Of a DNA stretch of 64,000 nucleotides, positions 38,724 to 48,587 are shown piece by piece. Numbering within the stretch: position 1 is the first letter of the stretch; every line of letters begins with the position of its first letter. The notes beneath the pieces were generated by a model. The model did no database searches. It saw only the letters and a list, made by a program, of their open reading frames with translations, and had not been told where the DNA came from. Source of the DNA: Armatimonadota bacterium (GTDB taxonomy: Bacteria > Armatimonadota > Fimbriimonadia > Fimbriimonadales > GBS-DC); the NCBI GenBank assembly GCA_037445735.1, contig JBBIJY010000001.1, positions 63,883 through 127,882 on the forward strand, written 5' to 3'. Position numbers and translations under genes: made by a program.

Positions 38724-40022
38724 ATGCTGGCGATGGCGAACTATCTGTTGCGGCACGGGCGCGTGATAGACCCCGCTCAGGGGCTGGATAGTCGAGCCGA
38801 TGTGCGCATTCGGGACGGGCGAATCGCCGAGATTGCACCCCAGCTCACGCCTGAAGCGGGCGAAACGCTCATCGACTGCGCCGACTGCTGGGTCGCGCCC
38901 GGGCTGGTGGACATCCATGTGCATCTGCGCGAGCCAGGTCAGAGCTATAAGGAGACTCTTCAGTCGGGCGGTGAGGCGGCGGTCGCGGGTGGGTTCACCT
39001 CCATCTGCTGTATGCCGAACACGGAGCCGCCGCTCGATAGCCCTGCGCTGGTGCGCGAGCTGCTGTGGCGGGCGGAGCGCGAATCGCCCTGCAGGGTCTA
39101 TGTGGTGGCGGCGCTCACGCAGGCGATGCGCGGCGAGCAGCTCTGCGACTATGCGGCGCTCAGGCAGGCGGGCGCGGTCGCTGTCAGCGACGATGCGTTC
39201 CCCATCCAGTCGGCAGCGGTCATGCGACGGGCGATGCGCGCCTGCGCCGCAATCGGGCTGCCCGTGCTGACCCACTGCGAGGATCAGAGCCTGACCACTG
39301 GCGCGTCGATGCATGAGGGCGAGGTGAGCGCACGGCTGGGGCTGCGCGGAATGCCTGCCTCCGCCGAAACAATAATGATTGCCCGCAACGCCCTGCTCGC
39401 GCTCGAAACGGGCTGCCACCTCCACATCCAGCACCTGTCAACGGCTGTCGGACTGGAGCTGGTTCGGCTCTTTCGGCGGCTGGGCGCGTCGCTCACGACG
39501 GAAGTCACGCCCCACCATCTGCTGCTGACCCATCATGCCTGCGACGGTTTCAACACCGACGCGAAGATGAACCCGCCGTTGCGCACGCAGGCGGACTGCG
39601 ACGCGCTCAGCGAAGGGCTGATTGCAGGCGACATCGACTGCATAGCGACCGACCACGCGCCTCACGCCGCCTTTGAGAAGGAGCAGCCGTTCGGTCAGGC
39701 GCCGTTCGGGATTGTGGGGCTGGAGACCGCACTGGGCTGCATTCTGCACTGGAACGCGGCGCGAGGCGAGCCGCTCAGTCCGCTGGAGCTGCTTTATCGA
39801 CTCAGCACGCGCCCCGCGCAGATACTGGGCTTGCCCGCAGGCACTTTGCAGGTGGGCGCGCCCGCCGATGTGGTGGTGATCGACCCCAGCGCCCGCTGGA
39901 CGGTGGACCCTGCCGGGTTCCGTTCGCTGGGCAAAAGCACGCCCTTCGCCCGCTGGGAACTGCCGGGCAGGGTACGCTACACCTTTGTTGGCGGCGAGCG
40001 CGTGTATCCACCCTCTCCCTGA
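38724..40022 (+). CDS. pyrC: Dihydroorotase
   Basis: Internal ATG of ORF 38676..40022. Motifs VDIHVHLREPG, CMPNTEPP and ATDHAPH. The last codons (PPSP*) are encoded by a palindromic-element-like sequence. Confidence 0.9.
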   Translation: MLAMANYLLRHGRVIDPAQGLDSRADVRIRDGRIAEIAPQLTPEAGETLIDCADCWVAPGLVDIHVHLREPGQSYKETLQSGGEAAVAGGFTSICCMPNTEPPLDSPALVRELLWRAERESPCRVYVVAALTQAMRGEQLCDYAALRQAGAVAVSDDAFPIQSAAVMRRAMRACAAIGLPVLTHCEDQSLTTGASMHEGEVSARLGLRGMPASAETIMIARNALLALETGCHLHIQHLSTAVGLELVRLFRRLGASLTTEVTPHHLLLTHHACDGFNTDAKMNPPLRTQADCDALSEGLIAGDIDCIATDHAPHAAFEKEQPFGQAPFGIVGLETALGCILHWNAARGEPLSPLELLYRLSTRPAQILGLPAGTLQVGAPADVVVIDPSARWTVDPAGFRSLGKSTPFARWELPGRVRYTFVGGERVYPPSP

Positions 40023-40082
40023 AGAAAGGGAAGGATTACAAATCCCCCGCGCTCCAGAATGGGGGAAGATACGGGTGAGGGG
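40011..40082. repeat. Degenerate GC-rich palindromic element spanning the pyrC stop and the whole convergent intergenic gap
   Basis: ccctctccc-tga-agaaagggaagg, then tccccc...ggggga, then acgggtgagggg (box in reverse orientation). It ends 1 nt before the stop of 40084..40905. Confidence 0.55.
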
Positions 40083-40083
40083 T

Positions 40084-40905
40084 TCATTTTCCCGCCTGCA
40101 GGGTGACCCGATGCGCGTAATCGTTGCCCGCCTCATCTCGCCGCCGATGAACCACCACCTGCACGGGCAATTTGATTTTATCGATAGCCACCGCCTTGCC
40201 TTTGAGCGTGAAAACGGTCTTCTCGTCATATCGAAACTGGCGTACATCGCCTGCCTGCGTGCGCACCTTCAGCATCTGGGCGTTTTTATCGATGGCTTGC
40301 AATGTGCCCCGAACGGTTGGCAGGGTGCGCTCGCGCCCGATTGCCGCCTGCTGCTCGCTATCGCTCACCACCAGCGCCATCGTGTCCAGATTCGAGAGCA
40401 GGCGCGGTGCCAGATAGATTTTCTCGCCCGCCTGAAATGCTTCCGGCGTCGCAGGTTGACCTTTTTTCACAAAGCGCGTGCTGGGATTGATTTTATACAC
40501 GAAGCGCGTGCGGTCGGCAAACTCCACAATCAGGTACTCCTCCTCAATTCCCATCAGCGTGCCCTGCACAACGCCGCGTCGCACCCGCTCCAGCCACTTC
40601 CATGTGTCGGGGTCCGCCATCTCGCGGAGAATAGGGCGCGTGGCGGTGCCCACGCTCAGTCGAACCATCACGGGCTTGCCCACCATCTCCCGAAACGACT
40701 CCAGCGAAGCGGGCTGCCTGTTGAGCCACAGGCGCGCTTTTTTGTGCAGGCTCACACTCAGCTCGGCTCTGCCAGCACGCTTGAGAACAACCGAATCCCC
40801 TTCAGGTTCAAACTTTACAAGATGCGCCTGAAAAATTTCGGTCTCGGCATATAGGGTCAGCATCAGCCCGCTCACGATGAGCAGAACCAGTCCCTTCGCC
40901 CACAT
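40084..40905 (-). CDS. Hypothetical secreted/membrane-anchored protein
   Basis: Internal ATG (M40) preceded by GGAGG (rc of 40914-40918). N-terminal hydrophobic segment MWAKGLVLLIVSGLMLTLYA. No recognisable domain. Confidence 0.5.
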   Translation of the reverse strand: MWAKGLVLLIVSGLMLTLYAETEIFQAHLVKFEPEGDSVVLKRAGRAELSVSLHKKARLWLNRQPASLESFREMVGKPVMVRLSVGTATRPILREMADPDTWKWLERVRRGVVQGTLMGIEEEYLIVEFADRTRFVYKINPSTRFVKKGQPATPEAFQAGEKIYLAPRLLSNLDTMALVVSDSEQQAAIGRERTLPTVRGTLQAIDKNAQMLKVRTQAGDVRQFRYDEKTVFTLKGKAVAIDKIKLPVQVVVHRRRDEAGNDYAHRVTLQAGK

Positions 40906-40995
40906 CACACGAACCTCCTGCACCCACCCCGATTCGGGAAGCCCTGCCCCACTCCTGCTGGATAGCCGATCCGGGAGCTGACCACTCACGATGGG

Positions 40996-41016
40996 TATAA
41001 TCGCTGGCGAGGGAGG
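40996..41016 (+). promoter_or_regulatory. Putative -10 (TATAAT 40996-41001) and RBS (GGGAGG 41011-41016) of aspA
   Basis: gggtataatcgctggcgagggaggcagcaATG. The -35 element was not convincingly identified. Confidence 0.35.
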
Positions 41017-41021
41017 CAGCA

Positions 41022-42416
41022 ATGGCGCAGAGAATCGAAAAGGATGCGCTGGGCGAGCGGGCGATACCCGCCGAAGTCTACTGGGGGTTGCAGACCCTGC
41101 GAGCGCAGGAGAACTTCCCCATCAGCGGCATCACCGAGCCGCCCCTGATGATCGACGCCTATGTGCTGCTCAAAAAAGCGTGCGCACAGGCGAATATGGA
41201 ACTGGGGCTGATCCCTGAACCCATCGGCAAAGCCATCATGCAGGCTGCCGACGAGGTGCTATCAGGCAAACTGCGCGACCAGTTCCCCACTGACATCTTC
41301 CATCAGGGCGCCGGCACCTCGTTCCACATGAATGTGAATGAGGTGCTGGCAAATCGCGCTATTGAGATCCTGGGCGGACAAAAGGGCGATTACACCATCG
41401 TTCACCCGAACGACCATGTGAACTTCGGGCAGTCGACGAACGACACCTTCCCGACGGCGATGCGCATCGCGGTGCGGATAGCGCTGGAGCAACTGTTCCC
41501 CGCGCTGGACCAGCTAACGGAGGGGTTCACGCTCAAGGGGCGCGAGTTCGACCATGTGTTGAAGTCGGGGCGCACCCACCTGCAGGACGCCGTGCCCATC
41601 CGACTGGGACAGGAATTCACCGCCTACGCCGTCACGGTGCGCAAGTGCCGGCGCCTGCTGGAGACTGCCGCGCATGAGGTGGAGGAGCTGGGCATTGGTG
41701 GCAGCGCGGTCGGCACCGGACTGAACACGCACCCGCAATACCGCTTCCGCGTGGTGGAACTGGTGCGCCAGTGGACAGGACTGCCCTTCCGACCCGCCGA
41801 TGACCTGCGCGAGGCGATGCAGAGCCAGATGCCCATCGCCTGCGTTGGCGCCGCCCTTCGCATCCTCGCGCTGGAAATCACCCGCATCGCTAATGACCTG
41901 CGCCTGCTGGCTTCCGGACCCCTGACAGGCTTCGCCGAAATCGTGCTGCCCGCCGTGCAACCAGGCAGCAGCATCATGCCCGGCAAGGTCAACCCCAGCA
42001 TCCCCGAAATGGTCAATATGGTCTGCTTCCAGGTGATCGGTTGCGCCACCACCATCGATTACGCGGTGCAGGCAGGTCAGCTGGAGCTGAATGTAATGAT
42101 GCCCGTGATGGCGTATAATGCGCTCTTCGCGCTGCAGATTATCACAAACGCCCTGCGCATGTTCGACGAGCGGTGCGTGCGGGGCATCGTGGCGAACGAG
42201 GAAAAGTGCCGCTGGTACGCCGAGACCAGCCCCAGCCTCGCCACCGCGCTCAACCCCTATGTGGGCTATGCAACGGCAGCAGAAATCGTGAAACAGGCTC
42301 TGCGTGAGAACCGCAGCATCATCGATGTGGTGCGCGAGCGCGGACTGCTCACCGAAGAGCAGATTCGAGAACTGCTCGACCCCTACAAAATGACCGAACC
42401 CAACCTGGGAGATTAG
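41022..42416 (+). CDS. aspA: Aspartate ammonia-lyase (fumarase/aspartase superfamily)
   Basis: GSSIMPGKVNP signature. QGAGTSFHMNVNEV (aspartase-like, rather than the fumarase QTGSGTQ). 464 aa. Confidence 0.8.
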   Translation: MAQRIEKDALGERAIPAEVYWGLQTLRAQENFPISGITEPPLMIDAYVLLKKACAQANMELGLIPEPIGKAIMQAADEVLSGKLRDQFPTDIFHQGAGTSFHMNVNEVLANRAIEILGGQKGDYTIVHPNDHVNFGQSTNDTFPTAMRIAVRIALEQLFPALDQLTEGFTLKGREFDHVLKSGRTHLQDAVPIRLGQEFTAYAVTVRKCRRLLETAAHEVEELGIGGSAVGTGLNTHPQYRFRVVELVRQWTGLPFRPADDLREAMQSQMPIACVGAALRILALEITRIANDLRLLASGPLTGFAEIVLPAVQPGSSIMPGKVNPSIPEMVNMVCFQVIGCATTIDYAVQAGQLELNVMMPVMAYNALFALQIITNALRMFDERCVRGIVANEEKCRWYAETSPSLATALNPYVGYATAAEIVKQALRENRSIIDVVRERGLLTEEQIRELLDPYKMTEPNLGD

Positions 42417-43282
42417 AGCGCTCCGCGCGCGAGCTGTTGCAGCACGGGGTCGTCGGGGAAGTAAGTTAGCCCACGCCGCGCCCATTCGCGCTGCTCACTG
42501 AGCCGCTGCTCGCGATGCTTCAGGATTGCCAGCCAGCGATAGGCGTCGCGCCAGCCCTCACGCTCAAACGGGTTCTGCAGAATCATCGAAGCGTTGCCCG
42601 CCTGCACCCACCGATCGCCGTTTGCAACCGCTTGCCGAAAGTAGCGCTCCGCCTGCGCATCATCGCCCAGCTGCACCAGCGTGTGGCGCCCCAGCTCGGT
42701 GAAGAGGGCAATACTGCGCGGGTTGTGGCGCGCGCCCTCCTTCAAAAACGCCATCGCCTCGCGCAGGTTGCGCTTATTATCGAACAGAATCATCTGCGCC
42801 CCGACCAGATAGCCCTGCACGAAGGTCGGGTCGACCCATGTCATGAAGCGATAGAGGGGCAGCACCTCGCGCACAGGGCGATGGAAGTGATGGCGCACAT
42901 CGAAAAAGGGCTTCACCTGCCGCTCGATATCGCCCCAGAGCCAGCGCGGGTCGCGCTCCGGTTCGGGGATGACGCTGGTCTCATCTTCATGATGGTGAAC
43001 CTCGTCCGCGCTGGAGGCTTCCCGCGCGGTGCCCAGCCGCTTCTCCCGTTCGGTCATCGGGCGCAGTTGCACGCCGCCATGCGTGTATTCGTCCGTTTTG
43101 ACCCAGAGATAGCCTGCCAGGCTGGAGCGCAGCTCGCCTATCACCGAGACCATCGCATGGCGGTCATAAAGCGTCTGCGCAGCCAGCGTGTCGGCACGCT
43201 GGACCTGCACAGGCAACGCGAGCCGCACCGCGACACCCCCAACCAGACCCAGCGGAACCAGCACCAGCGCTATTGATCGCAT
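42413..43282 (-). CDS. Hypothetical membrane-anchored protein with TPR-like C-terminal region
   Basis: N-terminal TM segment (MRSIALVLVPLGLVGGVAV). Lies 3 nt downstream of the ABC-2 permease gene, so likely in the same operon. Confidence 0.5.
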   Translation of the reverse strand: MRSIALVLVPLGLVGGVAVRLALPVQVQRADTLAAQTLYDRHAMVSVIGELRSSLAGYLWVKTDEYTHGGVQLRPMTEREKRLGTAREASSADEVHHHEDETSVIPEPERDPRWLWGDIERQVKPFFDVRHHFHRPVREVLPLYRFMTWVDPTFVQGYLVGAQMILFDNKRNLREAMAFLKEGARHNPRSIALFTELGRHTLVQLGDDAQAERYFRQAVANGDRWVQAGNASMILQNPFEREGWRDAYRWLAILKHREQRLSEQREWARRGLTYFPDDPVLQQLARGAL

Positions 43283-43285
43283 CGC

Positions 43286-44068
43286 TCACCCCAGCACCTG
43301 CCTGCGAAACCGCAGCCAGCCCAGCAACAGATAAGCGCCGCCGCTACCGAGCGCGTAGACCGCCATCGCGCCTATCACCCACCAGGCAATCGGGTCCCAG
43401 TCGTACACCACCTTCTGGCTCATGTCGAAAAGGTCATAATGGGGCAAAACGCCGTAGAGCCAGTTGAGCCAGAGGGCATCCAGCCCGCGCTCCCAGTGCG
43501 CCATCAGCAGGAGCCGATTGAACAGACCCGACCCGAACGCCAGTATCAGGCTGAGAGTCACATTCGCCGCGGGCGTCAGATAGACCGAGAGCGCGACCCC
43601 CAGCGCGCACAGCCAGCCGATGCCGATCAGCTTCAGCAGCAGATACTGCCCGAAGATGGGCTTGAGCGGGACGCCCAGCATCAGAAGCAGCAGCCATGCC
43701 GCTCCCGCCAGGATCAGAAAGCATGCGCCCGCCGTGATGAACGCGGTCAACCACTTGCCCATCAGCAGCTGCCCGCGCGTGATGGGGCGCGCCAGCAGCG
43801 GATAAATCGTGCGCCGCTGAACCTCGTCGGGCAACTGACGCGCCGCTATCAGCACCGTCAGCACCGTGCTGAATATCCCCATCGCCAGAAAGGTGGTATC
43901 TTTGATAAAAATCTCCAGCCCGCGCACGCCGAACACGCGAAAGGTCGACGCGCCCAGCACCATCAGCGCCATCAGCATCAGCACCACATAGAGGTCTTTG
44001 CGCCGCAGGGTCTCCAGCAGTCCCGCGACGGTCAGCGCACGACAGACCTGAATCAGCGAGACACTCAT
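43286..44068 (-). CDS. ABC-2 type transporter permease
   Basis: Internal ATG (M50) forms an ATGA overlap with the ATPase stop (44065-44068). About six hydrophobic segments. Confidence 0.7.
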   Translation of the reverse strand: MSVSLIQVCRALTVAGLLETLRRKDLYVVLMLMALMVLGASTFRVFGVRGLEIFIKDTTFLAMGIFSTVLTVLIAARQLPDEVQRRTIYPLLARPITRGQLLMGKWLTAFITAGACFLILAGAAWLLLLMLGVPLKPIFGQYLLLKLIGIGWLCALGVALSVYLTPAANVTLSLILAFGSGLFNRLLLMAHWERGLDALWLNWLYGVLPHYDLFDMSQKVVYDWDPIAWWVIGAMAVYALGSGGAYLLLGWLRFRRQVLG

Positions 44069-44826
44069 GCTGCCACCTCCTGCGCCAGCGCGTCTGCGCC
44101 CTGCTGCACCGTGCGGATGAAGTAGTCCTCCAGCGATTCGAATCGTCCGCTCAGCTCGCTGAGCGTATGCTCGGCGATGAGGCGTCCGCGATGGATAACC
44201 AGAATGCGGTCGCACAGGCTGGCGACCTCGCCCAGCTCGTGCGAGGAGAAGAAGATGGTGGCGCCCCGCTCGCGCTGAAGACGCAGTAAATCGCGCAGCT
44301 CGCGCCTGCCAACGGGATCAAGCCCTGACGAGACCTCATCCAGAATCAGCAGTTTCGGGTTGCCCAGCAGCGCCTGCGCGATACCGAGCCGCTGGAGCAT
44401 GCCTTTGGACAGGTGGCGATTGAGTGTGTGCATTTTAGGGGCGATGCCGACCGCCGCCAGCAGTGCTTCGATCTGGGCATTCAGGCTGTGCCCCGTTAGC
44501 CCCTGCAGGGCGCCGTAGAGGCGCATGGTCTCGTAAGGGGTCAGGTAGGGCGAGTAGAGCGCGGTTTCGGGCAGGAAGCCGACCAGCTGGCGGGCGCGCG
44601 CGTCGGTCGCTGGCTGCCCGAACAGGCGCACCTCGCCTGCCGTCGGCGGCTGGAAGCCCATCAGCACCTTGATAGTTGAACTCTTGCCGGCGCCGTTGAC
44701 GCCCAGAAAGCCCACAATCTCGCCCTCGCGCACCCCGAACGAGAGGCGATCCACCGCGCGCACAGGCGGTCGGAACGCCTGCCGATACTCCACCACCAGC
44801 TCGCGCACCTCAATCGCCCACATCAC
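44065..44826 (-). CDS. ABC transporter ATP-binding protein
   Basis: Walker A GVNGAGKSS, signature LSKGMLQRL, Walker B LLILDEVSSGLD. Confidence 0.9.
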   Translation of the reverse strand: MMWAIEVRELVVEYRQAFRPPVRAVDRLSFGVREGEIVGFLGVNGAGKSSTIKVLMGFQPPTAGEVRLFGQPATDARARQLVGFLPETALYSPYLTPYETMRLYGALQGLTGHSLNAQIEALLAAVGIAPKMHTLNRHLSKGMLQRLGIAQALLGNPKLLILDEVSSGLDPVGRRELRDLLRLQRERGATIFFSSHELGEVASLCDRILVIHRGRLIAEHTLSELSGRFESLEDYFIRTVQQGADALAQEVAA

Positions 44827-44869
44827 CGCCTATTATCGGCAACCGTTCGATGCCTGATTAGCCCGAAAG

Positions 44870-44899
44870 TTGCCTGGTCTCCACTCGCGCAGGTATAAT
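44870..44899 (+). promoter_or_regulatory. Putative sigma-70 promoter of cruF (TTGCCT-N18-TATAAT)
   Basis: ttgcct at 44870-44875 and tataat at 44894-44899. ATG at 44920 follows AGGTGA. Confidence 0.45.
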
Positions 44900-44919
44900 C
44901 GCTGCACTTCAGGTGAACG

Positions 44920-45735
44920 ATGGATAGGGCGGCGCGGGTTCTGCTCATCTGCAACGCAGCCATCGTGCTGCTCAGCATCGCGGGCTTCTGGGCGTTTACC
45001 AGCGGTCTGCCTGTGCCCGCGTGGAACTACTACGCGCTCACAAAGTGGCTGACCATCGCGAATGTAGTAACGGGTGTGTTGTGTGCGCTGTTCGCGATGG
45101 CTCACGAGCAGGGCTGGCGCCCGACGCTTGTTCTGCTCGCGCTCGCCACCATTCTGGCAGGTACCATGGAGCTGATAGGCACCACCACCGGCTTCCCCTT
45201 CGGGCGGTATCAATACACCGATTTGCTGGGCTATAAACTGCTTGGGCATGTGCCGCTGCTGATTCCGCCCAGCTGGTTCATGATGCTCTATCCCGCGTTG
45301 CAGCTGGCATCGCTGCGGCTGGATGGCTGGCTGGCGCGCGCGGGCGTGGCGGCGGTGATTCTGACCCTCTGGGATGTCGCACTGGATCCCGCCGCGACAA
45401 CCGGCTTCGCGCAGTGGCACTGGCACCAGCAGGGTTCGTTCTGGGGACGGGTGCCAGGGGTGCATTTTTATTCGATGCCACTGGAGAACTGGCTGGGCTG
45501 GCTGCTAACAGGTGGGCTGATCAGCGCACTCTATTTGCGCCTGCAACCGCAATGGAGACCCGTTCGCCACAGCGTGAGCCTCTGGCTCTATCTGGTGCAG
45601 TGTGGGTTTGTGGCGGTCATGGCGGTGCTGCTGGAACGCTGGTGGGCAGCCATTTGCTGGCTGATGGGATTTGGGGCAGTGCTGACGGGACTGCGTTTCT
45701 GGTCGGCTTCGGTCAGGGTTCGCGCAGAGTGTTAG
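44920..45735 (+). CDS. cruF: Carotenoid biosynthesis membrane protein, CruF-like carotenoid 1,2-hydratase family
   Basis: Polytopic membrane protein with ELIGTTTGFPFGRYQYT and PPSWFMM segments that I recognise from the CruF/DUF422 (Caroten_synth) family. Adjacent to crtB/crtI. Confidence 0.7.
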   Translation: MDRAARVLLICNAAIVLLSIAGFWAFTSGLPVPAWNYYALTKWLTIANVVTGVLCALFAMAHEQGWRPTLVLLALATILAGTMELIGTTTGFPFGRYQYTDLLGYKLLGHVPLLIPPSWFMMLYPALQLASLRLDGWLARAGVAAVILTLWDVALDPAATTGFAQWHWHQQGSFWGRVPGVHFYSMPLENWLGWLLTGGLISALYLRLQPQWRPVRHSVSLWLYLVQCGFVAVMAVLLERWWAAICWLMGFGAVLTGLRFWSASVRVRAEC

Positions 45736-46432
45736 CCTGGGAAGGCGACCAGCGCTCATGGTCCGAGAGCCGACCGCGCAATACCGTGCGGAACCGTTCA
45801 GGGCAGTCGCGCCGTGCCGCGCTGAGCTGCTGGAGCAGCGCCTGCACGCATGTTCGTGCCTCGTTCAGCCATTCGTCAGGGTTAGACCGACCGCTCTCAA
45901 ATGGCTCGCCAACCAGAACATACGCCTCCGGATACTGGTGTATCCCTGTAACGATTTCGATAGCCATCGGCAGCAGGCAGACGGCAGGCAGCTGGCGGTG
46001 CAGCCAGTGCAGCGCACGCTGGAACGCCCATACCTCTGGTGCAGGATGCAGCTCACCTTCAGGGAAAAGAAACAGCAGATTGCCAGGTTGCTGAAGCTGC
46101 CAGATTGTTCGGCGCACGGCGCGCATTCGTAGAGCAATATTATCGTTGGGGAAGGGCATCGCGCCCAGACTCCAGAAGGGGGGGAACCGACGCCATTCGC
46201 GCATCCAGACCATCGCCCGCACACCCCACACCCGACTCAGCCAGTAGCACAGATAGCCGTCCCACCAGTAGTGATGCGGGGCGAACAGAATCGCTGGCGT
46301 GCGCTCCGACGGCTGTGCCCGCTCCCACACATAGACCGCCCGAAAATGCTGGCGCAGAGCGCGTTCAATCAGCCAGCCCGTGAACAGACCCAGAGGGCGC
46401 TGAATCAGCCCGGATAAAAGCGACCTTTCCAC
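45713..46432 (-). CDS. Acyltransferase (PlsC/lysophospholipid acyltransferase-like), candidate carotenoid-glycoside acyltransferase
   Basis: HxxxxD motif (APHHYWWDGY) and FPEGE motif. GTG at 46432 chosen as the start because the long ORF (to 46906) would overlap 500 nt of the GT2 gene. Start is uncertain. Confidence 0.6.
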   Translation of the reverse strand: MERSLLSGLIQRPLGLFTGWLIERALRQHFRAVYVWERAQPSERTPAILFAPHHYWWDGYLCYWLSRVWGVRAMVWMREWRRFPPFWSLGAMPFPNDNIALRMRAVRRTIWQLQQPGNLLFLFPEGELHPAPEVWAFQRALHWLHRQLPAVCLLPMAIEIVTGIHQYPEAYVLVGEPFESGRSNPDEWLNEARTCVQALLQQLSAARRDCPERFRTVLRGRLSDHERWSPSQANTLREP

Positions 46433-47535
46433 CGAATCGTCCCCCGCAGGTTCCAGATGAGTGAGCGTATCAACACGCCCAGCGCCAGCGCGACCGAGAG
46501 CGGATAGAACAGTCCATACCAGAAGGGCAGCCCGACGCAACGCCCTGATACACCGAACAAAAGCACCGCCAACCCGATACAGCCGATTCGCCACAACACC
46601 GGACCCCACACCAGTGGCAGCCAGTAAAGCATCACCATCGCCAGACCAATCGCTATGGCGGGCCATACACCCCGACAGAGCGCGACCGCGTTCTTGGAAT
46701 AGCCATCCACTGCCTCTGCCAATCGGCGATACATGTGGGTGGATAGAAAACGCGAACCATGCAGAATCTGAATCTGGCTGGCGCCGCTTCGTTGCTGACG
46801 GCAGCGTTTGACCAGCTGGGCAATGCTTACATCGTCCAGCATGCAGCCCGCCACCGCTTGATGCGGCTGATCCTGCGCGTAGGCGTCCGCACGATAGGCA
46901 AGACACTGCCCGTTCGCGAAGCCGAACGCAGGGTTCGGATGCGACTCGGCAAGCGGTAGCGGCAGAAGGGTGAACAGCGATGCCATCACCACCTGATGCA
47001 GGAGCGCATCGCCCAGCCCTGCGGGCACGATGCGCGGAATGACCGTGATCAGCACCGCTTCAGGCGAGCGCGCGATTGCCTGACCGAGCCACAGCAGGAA
47101 ATCGCGCTCCGGCTCCACATCGGCATCCAGAAACACCAGCGCCTGTGCGCCAAACCGAAGCGCCGCGTTGCCCAGCTGATAGCACGCCCACGCCTTGCCA
47201 GTCCAGCCGTTGGGCTTCGGCTGGGTTGGAACCAGCTGGAAGCCATACCGTTCCGCGTTCCGCTGGAGCCACTGCGTGCTGCCATCGCTGGATTCGTCGT
47301 CGTAGATCAGAACGGCGCACGGCGCCCACGATTGCGACTGCAAAGCCCATAGCAGGTGGGGTAGATTGTGTCGCTCGTTACGCACAGGGATCAGCACCAC
47401 CAGGCGGGGCAGGCTCAGCGCGTCTGCTAAAGCGTCCCGCTGTACACGCCGTCGCCGATGAAATAGATTAATCACCAGCACGACACCCTGCGTCAGGAGC
47501 ATCAGCCCAATCGCCACCTGCACAACCGTTGCCAT
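46405..47535 (-). CDS. Family 2 glycosyltransferase with C-terminal membrane segments, candidate carotenoid glycosyltransferase (CruC/CrtQ-like)
   Basis: VLIPVRNE...YDDESSDGS...FLDADV GT2 motifs. Position between the acyltransferase and crtB. Confidence 0.75.
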   Translation of the reverse strand: MATVVQVAIGLMLLTQGVVLVINLFHRRRRVQRDALADALSLPRLVVLIPVRNERHNLPHLLWALQSQSWAPCAVLIYDDESSDGSTQWLQRNAERYGFQLVPTQPKPNGWTGKAWACYQLGNAALRFGAQALVFLDADVEPERDFLLWLGQAIARSPEAVLITVIPRIVPAGLGDALLHQVVMASLFTLLPLPLAESHPNPAFGFANGQCLAYRADAYAQDQPHQAVAGCMLDDVSIAQLVKRCRQQRSGASQIQILHGSRFLSTHMYRRLAEAVDGYSKNAVALCRGVWPAIAIGLAMVMLYWLPLVWGPVLWRIGCIGLAVLLFGVSGRCVGLPFWYGLFYPLSVALALGVLIRSLIWNLRGTIRWKGRFYPG

Positions 47536-47574
47536 CGCCCTTGCAGCGCATTCGGAATCTTACCTGTTCACAGC

Positions 47575-48585
47575 GTGCAATCGGGTATCCTTCAGGGCAG
47601 GCGCGTTTACAGGGAGGGCTGGATAGTTGTGGCGCTGGACGATGCGTTAGGGCAGTGGCGCGCATGGGAAGCGGAGCTGGTGAATCGGGCAACCAGCGTC
47701 TCAGAGGAGTATCTGGAACCCTATCCTGTCGATCCTGCGGAGCTGCGATCAGCATATGCGCGTTGCGAGCAGATTACACGCACGCACAGTCGAACCTTCT
47801 ATTTAGCGTCGGCGTTTATGCCGCGTCCGAAGCGGCGGGCGATCCGCGCCCTGTATGCCTTCTGCCGCGTGAGCGACGATATGGTGGACCGAAGCGAGGG
47901 CAATTCGGCAGCCAGGCTGTCAGCATGGCGGCGTGCGGTGCTGGATGAGAAGGTCAGCGACCCCGTGCTGACCGCCTGGCGCGACACGCTCGCCCGCTAT
48001 CGCATCCCCATCGGCTATATGTTCCAGCTGCTGGACACGCTGGAGACCGACCTCACAACGGCTCGCTACGCCACCTTCAAACAGCTGGCACACTACTGCT
48101 ACGGGGTGGCGTCCACCGTCGGGCTGATGTCGATGCACATTATCGGTTATACCGATCGGCGAGCCGTCGAGTATGCGGTGCGTCTGGGCGTCGCGCTACA
48201 GCTGACCAACATTCTGCGTGATGTGGGCGAAGACTGGCGTCGAGGTCGGCTCTATCTGCCGCTGAGCGAGCTGGATGCCTTCGAGTTGAGTGAGCGCGAC
48301 ATCGCAGCGGGACGCCTCTCATCGCAGTGGTGCGACTTCATGCGATTCCAGATTGCACGGGCAAGACGGCTGTATGCCGCTGCTCTGCCGGGCATCGCAT
48401 GGCTCCACCGCGATGGGCGGTTCGCCGTTACCGCCGCGGCAGAACTGTATCGCGCTATTCTGGACGATATCGAAAAACACGGCTACGATGTATTTCGCCG
48501 ACGCGCCCATGTCAGCGGTTGGCGCAAACTCATCGCCCTCCCTGCCATCGCATGGCGCACCTGCACCCTGCACTCCGTCCAGTAG
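47575..48585 (+). CDS. crtB: Phytoene synthase
   Basis: Motifs [34 protein letters not shown] and [18 protein letters not shown]. The ORF-track start is a GTG at 47575; an alternative GTG at 47629 follows AGGGAGGG (47611-47618). Confidence 0.85.
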   Translation: MQSGILQGRRVYREGWIVVALDDALGQWRAWEAELVNRATSVSEEYLEPYPVDPAELRSAYARCEQITRTHSRTFYLASAFMPRPKRRAIRALYAFCRVSDDMVDRSEGNSAARLSAWRRAVLDEKVSDPVLTAWRDTLARYRIPIGYMFQLLDTLETDLTTARYATFKQLAHYCYGVASTVGLMSMHIIGYTDRRAVEYAVRLGVALQLTNILRDVGEDWRRGRLYLPLSELDAFELSERDIAAGRLSSQWCDFMRFQIARARRLYAAALPGIAWLHRDGRFAVTAAAELYRAILDDIEKHGYDVFRRRAHVSGWRKLIALPAIAWRTCTLHSVQ

Positions 48586-48587
48586 CC

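Noticed and set aside
45713-46906. Full-length 397-aa version of the acyltransferase ORF
   Set aside because: Its first ~160 codons overlap 500 nt of the GT2 gene in another frame and look like low-complexity Ala/Gly/Arg sequence. Acyltransferase homology starts only after the GT2 stop, so the GTG at 46432 was preferred.
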